From an uncultured bacterium (GTDB lineage: Bacteria; Chloroflexota; UBA5177; JANWHV01), in the NCBI GenBank assembly GCA_963729625.1, contig CAVSOU010000017.1:96001-160000 (forward strand): a stretch of DNA of 64,000 nt, in the 5' to 3' direction. Shown here piece after piece: positions 1 to 10,764 of this stretch; positions within the stretch are counted from its first letter, which is position 1; the number at the start of each line of letters is the position of its first letter. The notes beneath the pieces are model-generated. The model had not been told where the DNA came from. It did not search any database and saw only the letters and a program-made list of their open reading frames with translations. Position numbers and translations under genes: made by a program.

Positions 1-56
1 CAGCTTCCAGTCACGTCGTGCCAACTCCGTTACTTTCCACGGTGCCTCCGGCTAAG

Positions 57-467
57 CTAGGGTGCGTCCAGCTGGAGGTCGCAGCGCCATGCGTCGGTCA
101 GCGTGGCTCCTCCTCGACCAGACTGAGCCCAGCCCAGGAGCCGAGCCACCGTGGCGAAGGGCACATCCTGCGCCAACAGGCATGCCCACTCCTGCAAGCC
201 GCGGGTAATGAGCATGCCCCAGTGAGCCGTTGCCAGCTCGCCCAACGCCCGGAGCTGGTCGACGGTCGGCATCGCTTCCAGCACCTTGATACGCCGCATG
301 AAATGCTCGGCCGACTGCACGTCGCGATAGAGTCCATACCTGCGGCTGACCTTGATGTCGGCATCCGAGAGCGGCAGGGCAGGATCGGCAAGCGCAGGGA
401 TCTGGCTCAGTAGCCCAGGCCAGAGCGATTCGCTCGCGGAGGCTATGGCGGCTTCGTTGGCATGCAT
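57..467 (-). pseudogene. Probable transposase remnant (ISKra4-like fragment)
   Basis: Segment GMLITRGLQEWACLLAQDVPFATVARLLGW resembles the N-terminal region of ISKra4-type transposases as I recall them; the ORF is far too short and has no DDE domain. Confidence 0.4.
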
Positions 468-922
468 GACTACGTCCAGATACTTTACGCCCGTGAGCGG
501 TTAGGTGCGTGCTCGCTGAGAAAGACGGACTCCCGCGTGTTGCTGGCGTCCGCGCCATTCGGTGTTATCAGTATGTGGAAACGCTGGGTACCTTGGCTGT
601 GATCTCGGTCACACCGCAGCTCCCGATCGGTGTGATGAAAGTCACAGTCACGCCGCTGCCACACGGTCTATTCAGGCCTACGCCGCAAGCGCGCCAGTCG
701 CCGTCCGGCAGCCAACCATCCTTCGCGCCGGCAGTTCCTGCACTGAACGCCGCGACCCATCCAGAAATGTGAGGGACACCCCTGGCGGACACGCGGACCA
801 TGCCATGAACGATGTGCATCTAAATGTGGTAGAATAAAGAGTCATCACAGGAGCTTCTTGATCGAATTGGTATGTGACCAATCCTCTCTCCGATCCCCCT
901 CGCATGGCAGAAAGAGCGCACA

Positions 923-1135
923 GTGGCACAAGGTACAATTGCACGCGTCACCGACCGCGGTTTTGGCTTCATCAGCCAAGAGCAGGGCGGAGAAGATTTG
1001 TTCTTTCACACGTCGGCACTGGTCGGCGTTACGTTCGACGAATTGCAGCGCAACGACGTTGTGCAGTACGATTCGGAGCCGGATACGCGAGGTCGCGGCA
1101 ATCGCGCGGTGAACGTTCACAGGATCAACCGTTAA
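923..1135 (+). CDS. cspA: Cold-shock domain protein (CspA family)
   Basis: 70 aa with RNP1 RGFGFI and RNP2 DLFFHTS motifs; GTG start after an AGAAAG purine tract. Confidence 0.95.
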   Translation: MAQGTIARVTDRGFGFISQEQGGEDLFFHTSALVGVTFDELQRNDVVQYDSEPDTRGRGNRAVNVHRINR

Positions 1136-1177
1136 CGGCTCTGGCATTCCTCTAGAAGGTGGCGCGACATACCCGAC

Positions 1178-1215
1178 AGAAGGTGCTTCACCATATGAAG
1201 CGCCTTCTCTTTTTG
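1178..1215 (+). terminator. Rho-independent terminator of the csp gene
   Basis: 13-bp stem AGAAGGTGCTTCA/TGAAGCGCCTTCT (one G-U pair), loop CCATA, then CTTTTT. Confidence 0.8.
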
Positions 1216-1513
1216 CGGTCGAAGTCACTGCCAGGGAAGGGCCGAGCATCAGTGCGGCAAGCATAGGCTTCGCTAGTCGCGCATGCAACAGGATGCCGTT
1301 CGATGCGCGGCCTGTTCCGCTGACCCGCAATGTCCCTGCTGACGAGCAGGGGTGGTGTTACGTAAGCCGCGGCCAGCCGCCATCGAGAGGCAGATCGGGA
1401 AGCGGTTGATCACACTGTTGCAGGGGTGTTACGTCCGAACGTGCAGTTTACAACGCTAAGCGTTGTGCTGGCGTAGCAGGTCTGCTTCGCGGGACGCGCG
1501 GCCGTCGTTCGAC

Positions 1514-1654
1514 GGCTTGCTCGACATCATCGTCTGCGAGCCGTTCCACCCCTTCATGGATCCGTGGTGGCCGGCGGGGCACATTCTTGGCTGGGAGCAC
1601 GCCGACATCAATATGTTCTACCATTTCCTGCGGTGCGTGGGCGAAGATCGTCCG
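1514..1654 (+). pseudogene. C-terminal fragment of a Gfo/Idh/MocA oxidoreductase
   Basis: IIVCEPFHPFMDPWWPAGHILGWEH...HFLRCV matches the HPY..WWPPGH.IG.EH C-terminal motif of this subfamily; no N-terminal Rossmann domain is present. Confidence 0.6.
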
Positions 1655-2201
1655 GACAACATCCCTCTGCCTCTTGCCTCAGCCAAGCCGATGATGTCGT
1701 CGGTATGCACCCGCTGTCGCGCCGCGATCAAGGCGCCGATGACTTGCATTCTGGCCGCCGGCGCGGTGCAAGCAGCATCAGTCGCAAGATCGCCGTCATC
1801 CCCGGTCTTGTCAGACCGAAGCGGATGGCTGTGCGCGGTGCTGACCAAGTGCCGCCACCGTCGATCCGCTCACGTGGTGGCCCGACGCGAGTCACAGCGG
1901 GGGTATCGTTCGTGGCAGAAGGAATGCCTCAGGTAGAAGCGGGAGTTATGAGCGGTGCCCTGCTGGCGCGATCGCTCTCGCGCGCAGACAGGCTGGCGCC
2001 GAGGGCATTCAAGCTCGTTGCTTGACACTGGCCATTTCCTGCGCTATTGTGATGGCCGAGAATGCTCCGGCAGAGACTGGTATGCTGAGTTCCGACAGGA
2101 TCCGGCGGGACGAGAGCAATGACCAGCCCGCTGCGCGTGGCCCTCGTGTCTTGCTTATTGGCGGGACTGCTCGGTGCGAGGGATGGTGGGATGATGGCAG
2201 C

Positions 2202-3125
2202 GTGACGCCGGCGATCTCCACTGCTGGTCTTGTAAAGACCTTCGGATCGACGCGCGCGCTCGATGGTCTCGACTTATCGGTCGAGACCGGTGCGGTCCAC
2301 GGTTTTCTCGGGCCGAACGGCTCGGGCAAGACAACGACCCTCCGTGTGTTGCTCGGGCTGCTGCGGGCCGACGCAGGGGAGGTCGTCCTGCTGGGGAAGG
2401 ACCCGTGGCACGACGCCGTCGCGTTGCATCGCCGGTTGGCGTATGTGCCCGGGGAGGTCAGTCTGTGGCCGAACCTGACCGGTGGGGAGGTGATCGACCT
2501 ATTCGGCCGGCTGCGGGGCGACCTCAACCCGCGCCGCCGGGACGAGCTTCTCGAACGCTTCCAACTTGACCCGAGCAAGAAGACCCGCACGTACTCAAAA
2601 GGCAACCGGCAAAAGGTGGCATTGGTCGCGGCCCTCGCGTCTGACGCCGAGTTGCTCTTGCTGGACGAGCCGACGTCGGGACTCGACCCGCTGATGGAGG
2701 CAGTCTTCCAGGACTACATTCGCGAGCTAAAGACCGAAGGGCGGACGGTGGTGCTCTCCAGTCACCTCCTGGCGGAGGTCGAAGCCCTCTGCGACCGGTT
2801 GAGCATCATCAGGCTGGGGAGGGTAGTGGAAGGGGGCACGCTCGCTGAGCTCAGGCACCTCACGCGAACGTCGATCACAGCGGAGACCGAACGTCCGGCG
2901 CGGAGTCTGGCCAACCTGGAGGGTCTACACAACCTGGAGATCGATGGCGCCCATGTGCATTTTGACGTCGATACCGATCACCTCGACCTTGCGGTGCGCC
3001 GGCTCGGCGAGCTTGGGGTCCGCAGCCTAGTCAGCCATCCACCCACACTCGAGGAGCTGTTCCTGCGGCACTATGGCGATGAACTGGCGAAGGAACCCGA
3101 ACGGTCGATCCAGGGCGCGACATGA
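2202..3125 (+). CDS. ABC-2 type exporter ATP-binding protein
   Basis: Walker [10 protein letters not shown], signature YSKGNRQK, Walker [10 protein letters not shown]-loop SSH; GTG start at 2202 inferred. Confidence 0.95.
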   Translation: MTPAISTAGLVKTFGSTRALDGLDLSVETGAVHGFLGPNGSGKTTTLRVLLGLLRADAGEVVLLGKDPWHDAVALHRRLAYVPGEVSLWPNLTGGEVIDLFGRLRGDLNPRRRDELLERFQLDPSKKTRTYSKGNRQKVALVAALASDAELLLLDEPTSGLDPLMEAVFQDYIRELKTEGRTVVLSSHLLAEVEALCDRLSIIRLGRVVEGGTLAELRHLTRTSITAETERPARSLANLEGLHNLEIDGAHVHFDVDTDHLDLAVRRLGELGVRSLVSHPPTLEELFLRHYGDELAKEPERSIQGAT

Positions 3126-3141
3126 CAGTGTCGGCACATTG

Positions 3142-4731
3142 ATGACCTCACTCACGGGAAGCACCGCGCTGACCCACTTCATTCTGCGCCGCGACCGCAT
3201 CCGGATCCTCGTCTGGATCGCGGCCATCGTGGTGCTGGCGGCGCTTACCGCAGTTGGCATCAAGGGTCTGTACCCGACCCAGGCTGCCCTGGATCAAACG
3301 GCTGCCGCCACGCAACACAACGCCGCCGCAATCGCCTTCAACGGACCTGCCCAGGGTCTGAACACCGTCGGCGGGCAGGTGGCGTTTCAGTTCGGCGCCG
3401 GGGGCATGGTGTTGGTTGCCCTCATGAGCATCTTCATGCTTGGCAGGCTCACGCGGGGCGAGGAGGAGGCCGGCCGCCTCGAACTCGTGCGCTCACTCCC
3501 GGTCGGCGTCCACGCAAACACGTTCGCCGCGGCGCTCACGGTGGCTGCGATGAACGTGGCCGTGGGCGCGCTCACAACTGCTGTCCTGCTGGAACAGGGC
3601 CTGCCCGCGGTCGGGTCGATCGTGTTCGGCGTGGCGTTCATCCTTGTCGGGCTCGTCTTCGGCGGCATCGCCCTTCTCGTGGCCCAGGTCACCGAAAACA
3701 CCCGAGTCGTTTATGGCGTCGCCGGCGCAGTGCTCGGGGCGGCGTACGTGCTGCGCGCCGTGGGTGACATCGGCGATGGAACAGCCTCCTGGTTCTCCCC
3801 GATTGGGGTGGCCCAGAAGGCGCGACCGTTCGCAGGCGAGCGGTGGTGGCCTTTCCTGATCTTGGCCGGTGTGACTGTGCTCCTGGTCGGCTTGGCCGCG
3901 ACCATGGCCGCTCGGCGCGACCTCGGGGCGGGGCTCGTGGCGCCCCGGCCAGGCAGGCCAACGGCCGCGCCGAGTCTCGGGCACGCGCTCGGGCTGGCTG
4001 TGCGCCTGCAGCGCGCATCGCTCTTCGGGTGGGCCGCGGGCGTTCTCGTCACAGGCATCGCGTACGGCTGGATCGGCCCCACGGTCGACACGTTCATCGG
4101 CCAGAACAAGGCCCTTGCCGAAGTGCTGACCAGCGCCGGAGGTGGGAGCCTTACTGACTCCTATTTCGCTGCCTCCTTCCGTATCATGGCGCTTCTGGCC
4201 ACTGGCTTCGCCATCCAGTCCGCGCTGCGCGTGCGGAGCGAGGAGACGTCGATGCGGGCCGATTTGGTGCTTGCAACGCCCGTCTCGCGCTGGCGTTTCG
4301 CGCGGAGCCACCTCACGGTGGCTTTCGCAGGCAGCGTCTTGTTGCTGGCGGTGGCTGGTCTGGCAACCAGTCTTGCCTATGGCCTGGCAGGCGGCGGCAT
4401 GCAGAGCGTTCCGCGCTTGGTCGGAGCCGCCCTCGTCTACGCGCCGCCTATGTGGATCATGGTCGGACTCGCGATCGCCCTCGACGGTCTACTGCCGCGT
4501 TGGGTCGGCGCGTCATGGGCGATCCTTGCGGCATGCGTCGTTGTCGCGTTCCTCGGCGCGGTCCTCCATCTGCCACTCTGGCTTCAGGACCTCTCTCCGT
4601 TCGAACGCGTGCCCCAGCTACCTGCTGCGAGCTTTACACTCGGGCCGCTGTTCGTGCTCTCGGCCATTGCGGCCGGCCTCACCCTCGCCGGGCTGTGCGG
4701 GCTCCGGCGGCGCGACTTCGGCCGGATCTGA
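3142..4731 (+). CDS. ABC-2 exporter permease (antibiotic-exporter type, about 12 TM)
   Basis: Duplicated hydrophobic halves with RGEEEAGRLELV and RSEETSMRADLV motifs; ends RRRDFG; directly follows the ATPase. Confidence 0.9.
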   Translation: MTSLTGSTALTHFILRRDRIRILVWIAAIVVLAALTAVGIKGLYPTQAALDQTAAATQHNAAAIAFNGPAQGLNTVGGQVAFQFGAGGMVLVALMSIFMLGRLTRGEEEAGRLELVRSLPVGVHANTFAAALTVAAMNVAVGALTTAVLLEQGLPAVGSIVFGVAFILVGLVFGGIALLVAQVTENTRVVYGVAGAVLGAAYVLRAVGDIGDGTASWFSPIGVAQKARPFAGERWWPFLILAGVTVLLVGLAATMAARRDLGAGLVAPRPGRPTAAPSLGHALGLAVRLQRASLFGWAAGVLVTGIAYGWIGPTVDTFIGQNKALAEVLTSAGGGSLTDSYFAASFRIMALLATGFAIQSALRVRSEETSMRADLVLATPVSRWRFARSHLTVAFAGSVLLLAVAGLATSLAYGLAGGGMQSVPRLVGAALVYAPPMWIMVGLAIALDGLLPRWVGASWAILAACVVVAFLGAVLHLPLWLQDLSPFERVPQLPAASFTLGPLFVLSAIAAGLTLAGLCGLRRRDFGRI

Positions 4732-4988
4732 CCGGTCCTACGCTCTTCCATTTACCGGCAGTGAGAGCAAATCTATCCAGAGGATGGGGTACTCATTCCG
4801 GGCGTAGTCCTGACAAACGTGGTGCTCTCCAGGATAGGCAGCGACCCCCAGGGTGCTCCGGCCCGTTGAAGTACTTAACTGAAGCGACTCGGGTATGGCA
4901 TGCATCAACGGAGGATGCGGCGCCTCGCCCAAGAACCGCGAGTCAAGCTGCAGTCACCTAGCCGCCAGGCACTCGTGCAGATCGCTTT

Positions 4989-7841
4989 CTAGGCGCACCC
5001 GTGCAGGCGCATGACCAGGCGCACCGGCTCCGCCGCCAGGAAGGTCCGGCGTAGATCTGCCTCGGGCAGTGCCCCTGCGATACGGTCCACCGCGGCGCGG
5101 GCCTCCGCCAGGAGCGTGTCATTCCCGGCGATGGCGAGCAGGGCGCCTGCGGCGCGGAGGAACATCGCCGGGTCTCCGGTCCCGCGCGCCCGCGCTGCTG
5201 CGGACTGCAAATAGTCAAGGGTCTCGCGGGTACGTCCCTGCGCGGCCAGGACCTGGGCGCAGACCTGCAATCCGGCGACCTCGTACTTGATGCGCCCCAC
5301 CGCTCGACTGCGTGCAATGCTCTCCATGGCATATTGCCACGCCTGCTCATGGTGGCCGCTCGCCAAGGCTATCTCCGCCTGCGCTTGGGCGAAGCGGAGC
5401 TTCCAGAGCCAGCCGTGCGAGCCCTGGGCGCTGGCCACGCGTGCGGCCACCTCATCTACGAGCCCTTCCGTGCGGCCCAGATCGCCGCGCCGGGCGAAGA
5501 TCAGGAGCAGGTCAATGCCTCCGCTCACCTGGGGATGGCTGACGCGCCGCACGGAGCGACTCAGCCCGCACGCCTCCTGGGCCAGCGCCTCGGCGCCGCC
5601 AAAGTCGAACAGCTCGAGGTGCAGGCATCCGCGCATCAAGGTCGTGCGGGCGAGCCAATCGACGGCACCCTGCTCGCGGCTCTCTGCCTGCCCTTCGGTG
5701 AATACCTGCAACGCCTCGGCGTAGCGGCCGCTGCCCATCAGGGCACACCCAAGGTCGCCCTGCGCACGCGCTACGGTCGAGGTGTCGTAAGCCGTTCGGC
5801 CCAGCGCCACTGCCTCGCGGGAGAGCTGGATCGCCGCATTGAAGTCAGCCAGCCAGTAGTGCATGAGCCCGGCGAACTGGGCCCCGATAGCCAAACTGCC
5901 GGTATGGCGGCCCCCGGCCCGCGTGGCCGCCCGACGGTAGCGGTCCATGCCGGCGCGCAGCTGGCCGTCGGCACTCTCGGCAATGACGAGGCAACTCAGC
6001 GCGCCGACGGCCAAATCCTCGCGCCCGGCCTCCTCGGCCAGGGCGAGAGCTTCCTCTGCGCAACCGCGGATGATGGCTGCGTCGGAGAAGTCCCAGTTGG
6101 CAGTCTTCGCCATGGCGATCAGGAGTTCCGCGCGCAAGTCGCCGCGCTCAGGCGGCACGCGTGCCAGGGCAGCTTGCAGCTCTTCACGCGCCTCCGTCCA
6201 GCGCGTCATGTGGTACAATGCCGCTCCGCGTCGTGCGTGCAGGTCTCCGAGGAGGTCATCCTGCCCGACTCGTTCCGCCAGCGTGACCGCCTGAGCGAGC
6301 ACGGCTGCTGCGTCCTGGTGGGCCGCAGCCATAGTAGCGCGTGCCGCAGCGCGTTCCAGATAAGGCAGCGCCCGCTCCACCTGGTCGCTGCGCGCATAGT
6401 GGTAAGCCAGCTCCTCAATGGGTGGTGGTCCCGTGCGCTCCTCCATCGCCCGGGCGATGTCCCGATGCAACAGCATGCGCCGCGCCGAGCCGAGACCTGC
6501 CTCGACCACCTCGCGGATGACATCGTGGCTGAAGCGATAGACCGCGTCGCCTGCTTCCTCCAGCAAATGGGCGTGGCAGGCGGCATCCAGCGCGTCGAGC
6601 ACCTCCTGCTCGGGTCGGGCTGCCACACCCTGCAGAAGTTCATATGGTGCCGTGCGGCCGATCACGGCGGCAATGCCCAGCACAAGCCGCGCCGGCTCAG
6701 GCAAGGTAGTAACCCGTTGGCGGACACTCTGCTGCACGTCCCAGGGTACGGCTTCGCGCGTGCCGTCCTCTGTATCCTGGCGCAAGCCCTCCGCGCAGCT
6801 CACCAGGAAGAACGGAACCCCGCCCGCGCGCCGGAGCACCTGTTCGCGCAGATCCGGAGCTACCGCTTCGCCGGTGAGCAGCTCGCCTAGCAACTGCGCC
6901 GCTTCCGCCGTTGACAGCGGGTTGATCCGTCGCCGCGTCGCCAGCCGCGCGTTGATCAGGTCGGCCAGCGTGGCGGCGAGGGGTGCCTCGGGTGGCACCT
7001 CCGTGTCGCGGTATGCACCCAGGATGCGCAACGGGATCGCGGCAGTGCTGCGCGTCAGCGCAGCCAATAAATCAAGGGCATCTGCACCCGCCCATTGCAG
7101 GTCGTCGAGTACCAGCAGCGTACCCGCCGGGCCGGCCACGTTGGTCAGGAAACGGCTCACCGCGGCGAACACCAACCGTCGCTCATGCTCGGCCGGGATG
7201 GTACCAGCGGGCAGCGGCTCGATGACGCCGCCCGCAAGCTCCGGCAACAGACGAACCAGCCACGCGCAGCCGCGCAGATCTGCGCGGAGCTGCCCCGGCC
7301 TTTGATGCTGCAGGTGACGTTGGAAGGCAGCCATGAAGGGGGCATAAGGCTCCTGGCCGCCCCGCTGCTGGCAACCGCCTTCGAGCACGCGCAGGCCGGC
7401 ACCGGCTGCGCGCGGGACGGCCGCATGCAAGAGGCGGGATTTGCCGATGCCCGGCTCGCCGGCGAGTAGCAGCAAGGGGGCGCCTTCACCTCCCACGTGG
7501 CGTTCCACCAACGCCAGCACGCCCGCCCGCCCGACGAACGGCACCGCGTCTCGTGCGGCCGACAGCGCACCGTGATCGCCGGAGCCGCCTGTTCCTGCGC
7601 GGCGCCCTGCCGTGAGGAAGGCGGCGCGCTCATCGCCCGCCAGGGCAAGGGCCGCGGCGAGCAGCTCCAGGCTCTCCCGGCGGGGCGTATGGGCCGCTCC
7701 CTGTTCCATGGCCGCGATGCTGCGCCGGCTCAGGCGCGCACGTTCTGCCAGCTCCTCCTGCGTGAGCCCAGCCGCCAAGCGGTAGCGGCGCAGCAGGGTC
7801 GCGAAGCCACGCCGGGCCACGTCCTCGGCCCTGCTCTCCAT
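4989..7841 (-). CDS. XRE-HTH / AAA ATPase (STAND) / TPR transcriptional regulator
   Basis: N-terminal LRRYRLAAGLTQEELAERA HTH, Walker A GEPGIGKS, Walker B LVLDDLQWA, YRFSHDVIRE, helical repeat C-terminus. Confidence 0.9.
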   Translation of the reverse strand: MESRAEDVARRGFATLLRRYRLAAGLTQEELAERARLSRRSIAAMEQGAAHTPRRESLELLAAALALAGDERAAFLTAGRRAGTGGSGDHGALSAARDAVPFVGRAGVLALVERHVGGEGAPLLLLAGEPGIGKSRLLHAAVPRAAGAGLRVLEGGCQQRGGQEPYAPFMAAFQRHLQHQRPGQLRADLRGCAWLVRLLPELAGGVIEPLPAGTIPAEHERRLVFAAVSRFLTNVAGPAGTLLVLDDLQWAGADALDLLAALTRSTAAIPLRILGAYRDTEVPPEAPLAATLADLINARLATRRRINPLSTAEAAQLLGELLTGEAVAPDLREQVLRRAGGVPFFLVSCAEGLRQDTEDGTREAVPWDVQQSVRQRVTTLPEPARLVLGIAAVIGRTAPYELLQGVAARPEQEVLDALDAACHAHLLEEAGDAVYRFSHDVIREVVEAGLGSARRMLLHRDIARAMEERTGPPPIEELAYHYARSDQVERALPYLERAAARATMAAAHQDAAAVLAQAVTLAERVGQDDLLGDLHARRGAALYHMTRWTEAREELQAALARVPPERGDLRAELLIAMAKTANWDFSDAAIIRGCAEEALALAEEAGREDLAVGALSCLVIAESADGQLRAGMDRYRRAATRAGGRHTGSLAIGAQFAGLMHYWLADFNAAIQLSREAVALGRTAYDTSTVARAQGDLGCALMGSGRYAEALQVFTEGQAESREQGAVDWLARTTLMRGCLHLELFDFGGAEALAQEACGLSRSVRRVSHPQVSGGIDLLLIFARRGDLGRTEGLVDEVAARVASAQGSHGWLWKLRFAQAQAEIALASGHHEQAWQYAMESIARSRAVGRIKYEVAGLQVCAQVLAAQGRTRETLDYLQSAAARARGTGDPAMFLRAAGALLAIAGNDTLLAEARAAVDRIAGALPEADLRRTFLAAEPVRLVMRLHGCA

Positions 7842-7959
7842 CCCGCTGGTTCGTCCTTCCGTTTCGGTGCATCACTGCGGAGTAGCCGGACCGGCTGCTT
7901 CTTGCTGAGATCGTACCAGCGGCCAGCATATGCGGTGGCGGCTGGTTTCCCTCGTGGCC

Positions 7960-7998
7960 TGCAACCATATTGCACATGAAGATGCACCGGACGTTGCG
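7960..7998 (+). promoter_or_regulatory. Phased TGC(A/G) direct-repeat array, candidate operator
   Basis: TGCA at 7960, 7971 and 7983 and TGCG at 7995 (spacing 11, 12, 12) between the divergent regulator and the methyltransferase. Confidence 0.45.
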
Positions 7999-8087
7999 TA
8001 TTTTGCCTGGGCGACTGCTGCTGCCTGGCCTAGAGTGGCAGGTACGGCGGTCCCGCCGGAATAAACGCACAGAAGGTATGCAAGCAG

Positions 8088-8912
8088 ATGGGATCGGCGA
8101 TCTTGCAGGGGCATCTATGGGGTGGGGCAGCGTACACCTGGGCGGAGCTGCAGGAGCCGGTTTCCGGCCCGCTGTGGCAAGCCATGCTGGACGCCGCTGG
8201 CGTGGATCAGGGCACCCATCTGCTGGACGCCGGCTGCGGAGCCGGGGGCGCCAGCGTGCTCGCTGGCCAGCGGGGAGCACTCGTGAACGGGCTGGACGCC
8301 TCCGAGGCCCTGCTGGCCATCGCCCGACGACGCGTGCCGGACGGCGACTTCCGATTGGGTGACCTGGAGTTCTTGCCCTACGCTGGGCACACCTTCGATG
8401 CGGTGATTGCCGCCGATGTCCTGCCCTACGTGGCAGAGCCCGCCGTGGCCCTACGTGAGCTGACGCGCGTCAGCCGGCACGGGGCTGCGGTGGTGGCAGC
8501 CGTCGGGGCCATGCCCCCTGACCCCGTCTGGCAGGCTATCGCGCGGGCCTTGGGCGAGTTGCTGCCCACTGCCGTCGGGCAAGAGCCATTCGCACTCTCA
8601 GCACCAGGGGTGCTCGACGCGCTGTTCGCCAAGGCCGGGCTTCAGGCACTGACCGAGGGCGAGGTCATCTGCCCTTGGGAGTACGCCGATCCCGAGACAA
8701 CCTGGGAGGCCCATGCGTCGACAGGCCCGTTGCAGGCGGCGATGCGCCTGCTCGGGCAGCCGCCCGTGCGCGCGGCGACGCTGCAGGCGCTGCAGGCGCT
8801 GGCGCACCATACCACGGCGGTAGGCACGGTGCGGCTGGTCAAGCGCTTCCGCTACATCGTGGCGACGCCGTGTGAGCAGGAGACGCAGGAGAAAGGGGTG
8901 CACGAGCGGTAA
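8088..8912 (+). CDS. Class I SAM-dependent methyltransferase
   Basis: Motif I LLDAGCGAG, GLDAS, LPYAGHTFDAV. Confidence 0.9.
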   Translation: MGSAILQGHLWGGAAYTWAELQEPVSGPLWQAMLDAAGVDQGTHLLDAGCGAGGASVLAGQRGALVNGLDASEALLAIARRRVPDGDFRLGDLEFLPYAGHTFDAVIAADVLPYVAEPAVALRELTRVSRHGAAVVAAVGAMPPDPVWQAIARALGELLPTAVGQEPFALSAPGVLDALFAKAGLQALTEGEVICPWEYADPETTWEAHASTGPLQAAMRLLGQPPVRAATLQALQALAHHTTAVGTVRLVKRFRYIVATPCEQETQEKGVHER

Positions 8913-8977
8913 GAGGGCACAACGTCGCCTGGTCCTGACCAGCTGCGAGAACGACGCAAGGATAAAAGGAGAACACA

Positions 8978-10708
8978 GTGATGGAGACCACGGTGCTACG
9001 CAATCAGAAGAGCACGCCACAGCATCCCGACGGCGAGACCGGCCAGCACGCGCCGGCGTACCTCAGCCGCCACAGCTTCTTGGGACGAGCCGCGGGCGTC
9101 GCTGTGGTAACGGCTTCAGCGGGAGTCCTGGGCCGATTGCCGCTGGGCGTAACAGCCACGGGCGACCGAGCGATGGCGGACACCCTGCCGCCGGGTGCGA
9201 CGGCGCGTGCCGAGCGCGCCTACACCGTCCGGGTGAGCGCCGCGCACGACGAGCGGACACACCCGTTGCCTGCCCACCCCACTAATGGCGACGAGGCGCG
9301 CTACGGGAGCACTCACCTCGGCAACTACTCAAAAGGGTTACCCCACAACGCTCTGGGTGAAGTCGACCCCGCCGCATACGCCGCGCTGCTCAGCGCGCTC
9401 GAGAGCGGGCGGCCAGCCGACTTTGAAGCGATCCCGCTGGGTGGCCAGGCCAAGCTCGCCGGTCCCCAGAGCGCGTTTGCCTTCTTGCTGGAGGGCGCCG
9501 ATAGCGGCAGTCTGGCCACACCGCCGCCGCCCGCGTTCAGCAGCGCCGAGATGGCCGGGGAGATGGCCGAGATGTACTGGTACGCGCTCGCCCGTGACGT
9601 GCCTTTCGCCCGCTACGCCACCGATCCCCTTATCGGGCAGGCCGCCGCCGATCTCTCGCGGCTCTCCGACTTTCGTGGGCCCAAAGCAGCCGGAGCAGTC
9701 ACCTCCGGCTCGATCTTCCGGCTCGGTTTAGCTGGGGAGATGAGCGGCCCCTATGTCTCACAGTTCCAGTGGCTCCCCGTCCCATACGGCGCGTTCTCGA
9801 TGGACCAGCGTTATCCTGTCTCGCCGCCCGCGGAGTTCATGACGACCTATGACGCCTGGTTAACCGTGCAGAATGGCATCGTCACGGCGCCACCGCCCGC
9901 CAAGGCGCCAATCAAGCCAGTGCCGTCCCGCTACATCGTCACCGGCCGCGATATGGCCATCTGGCTCATCGACGATTTCTCCTACCAGGGCTATCTCAAC
10001 GCGATGCTGATCCTGAACGCCATGGGCGCACCGGTGGACAAAGGCAATCCGTACACGCAGTCCAAGACACAGGTCGGCGTCGCCACTTTCGGCACCGCGT
10101 TCCATGGACTGGATCTCGTGGCGAAGGTGGCCAACACAGCGCTGAAGGCCGTCCATTATCAGAAGTGGCTTGTCCATCGCCGCGTGCGCCCCGAGGAGTT
10201 CGGTGGCCGTGTCCACAACCAGATGACCAAGGCCGCGCAGTATCCGATCCACACCGATCTCCTGTCCACATCGACAGTACTGGCGGCGATCTTCCAGAAG
10301 CACGGCACCTACCTGTTACCCATGCCCGTGCCGCGCGGCTGCCCAATGCACCCTTCGTACGCGGCGGCGCACTCGGCAATTACCGGGGCCTGCATCACGG
10401 TGCTCAAGGCATGGTTCGATGAGTCATACGTGCTGCCCGCCCCGGTAGTGGCCAGCGCCGACGGAGCTAGCCTGCTGCCCTATACTGGAGCATCGCTTAC
10501 CGTGGGCAGCGAGCTGGATAAGCTGGCAGGGAACCACTGCGTGGGACGAAGTTTCGGCGGCTTTCACCCGCGCTCGGATATTGCGGCAGGGCTGCTCTTG
10601 GGTGAAGCGGTAGCGATCAGCGTGCTGGCCGATGAACGCGGCACGTTCAACGAGATGTTCAAGGGCTTCTCGCTGACCAAGTTCGACGGCACGACGATCA
10701 GCGTCTGA
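8978..10708 (+). CDS. Vanadium-dependent haloperoxidase (bromoperoxidase-like) with Tat-like leader
   Basis: PAP2/VHPO motifs QKWLVHRRVRPE, HPSYAAAHS and RSFGGFHPRSD; N-terminal YSKGLPHN..GEVD; leader SRHSFL plus hydrophobic stretch. Confidence 0.88.
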   Translation: MMETTVLRNQKSTPQHPDGETGQHAPAYLSRHSFLGRAAGVAVVTASAGVLGRLPLGVTATGDRAMADTLPPGATARAERAYTVRVSAAHDERTHPLPAHPTNGDEARYGSTHLGNYSKGLPHNALGEVDPAAYAALLSALESGRPADFEAIPLGGQAKLAGPQSAFAFLLEGADSGSLATPPPPAFSSAEMAGEMAEMYWYALARDVPFARYATDPLIGQAAADLSRLSDFRGPKAAGAVTSGSIFRLGLAGEMSGPYVSQFQWLPVPYGAFSMDQRYPVSPPAEFMTTYDAWLTVQNGIVTAPPPAKAPIKPVPSRYIVTGRDMAIWLIDDFSYQGYLNAMLILNAMGAPVDKGNPYTQSKTQVGVATFGTAFHGLDLVAKVANTALKAVHYQKWLVHRRVRPEEFGGRVHNQMTKAAQYPIHTDLLSTSTVLAAIFQKHGTYLLPMPVPRGCPMHPSYAAAHSAITGACITVLKAWFDESYVLPAPVVASADGASLLPYTGASLTVGSELDKLAGNHCVGRSFGGFHPRSDIAAGLLLGEAVAISVLADERGTFNEMFKGFSLTKFDGTTISV

Positions 10709-10764
10709 CCGCACGAGTGTCGGTCAGTGCGCGCGCTCTCCGGTAGACGGCGGCTCGCTCGCCG

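Noticed and set aside
1345-1466. GGTGTTACGT repeat pair and ACAACGCT-A-AGCGTTGT palindrome
   Set aside because: Short, with no intact downstream gene; function cannot be supported.
5334-6890. 518-aa plus-strand ORF, and similar long ORFs such as 17955-19181, 48386-49513, 44477-45547 and 35049-36095
   Set aside because: Antisense shadows of well-supported genes in high-GC DNA; no recognisable motifs.
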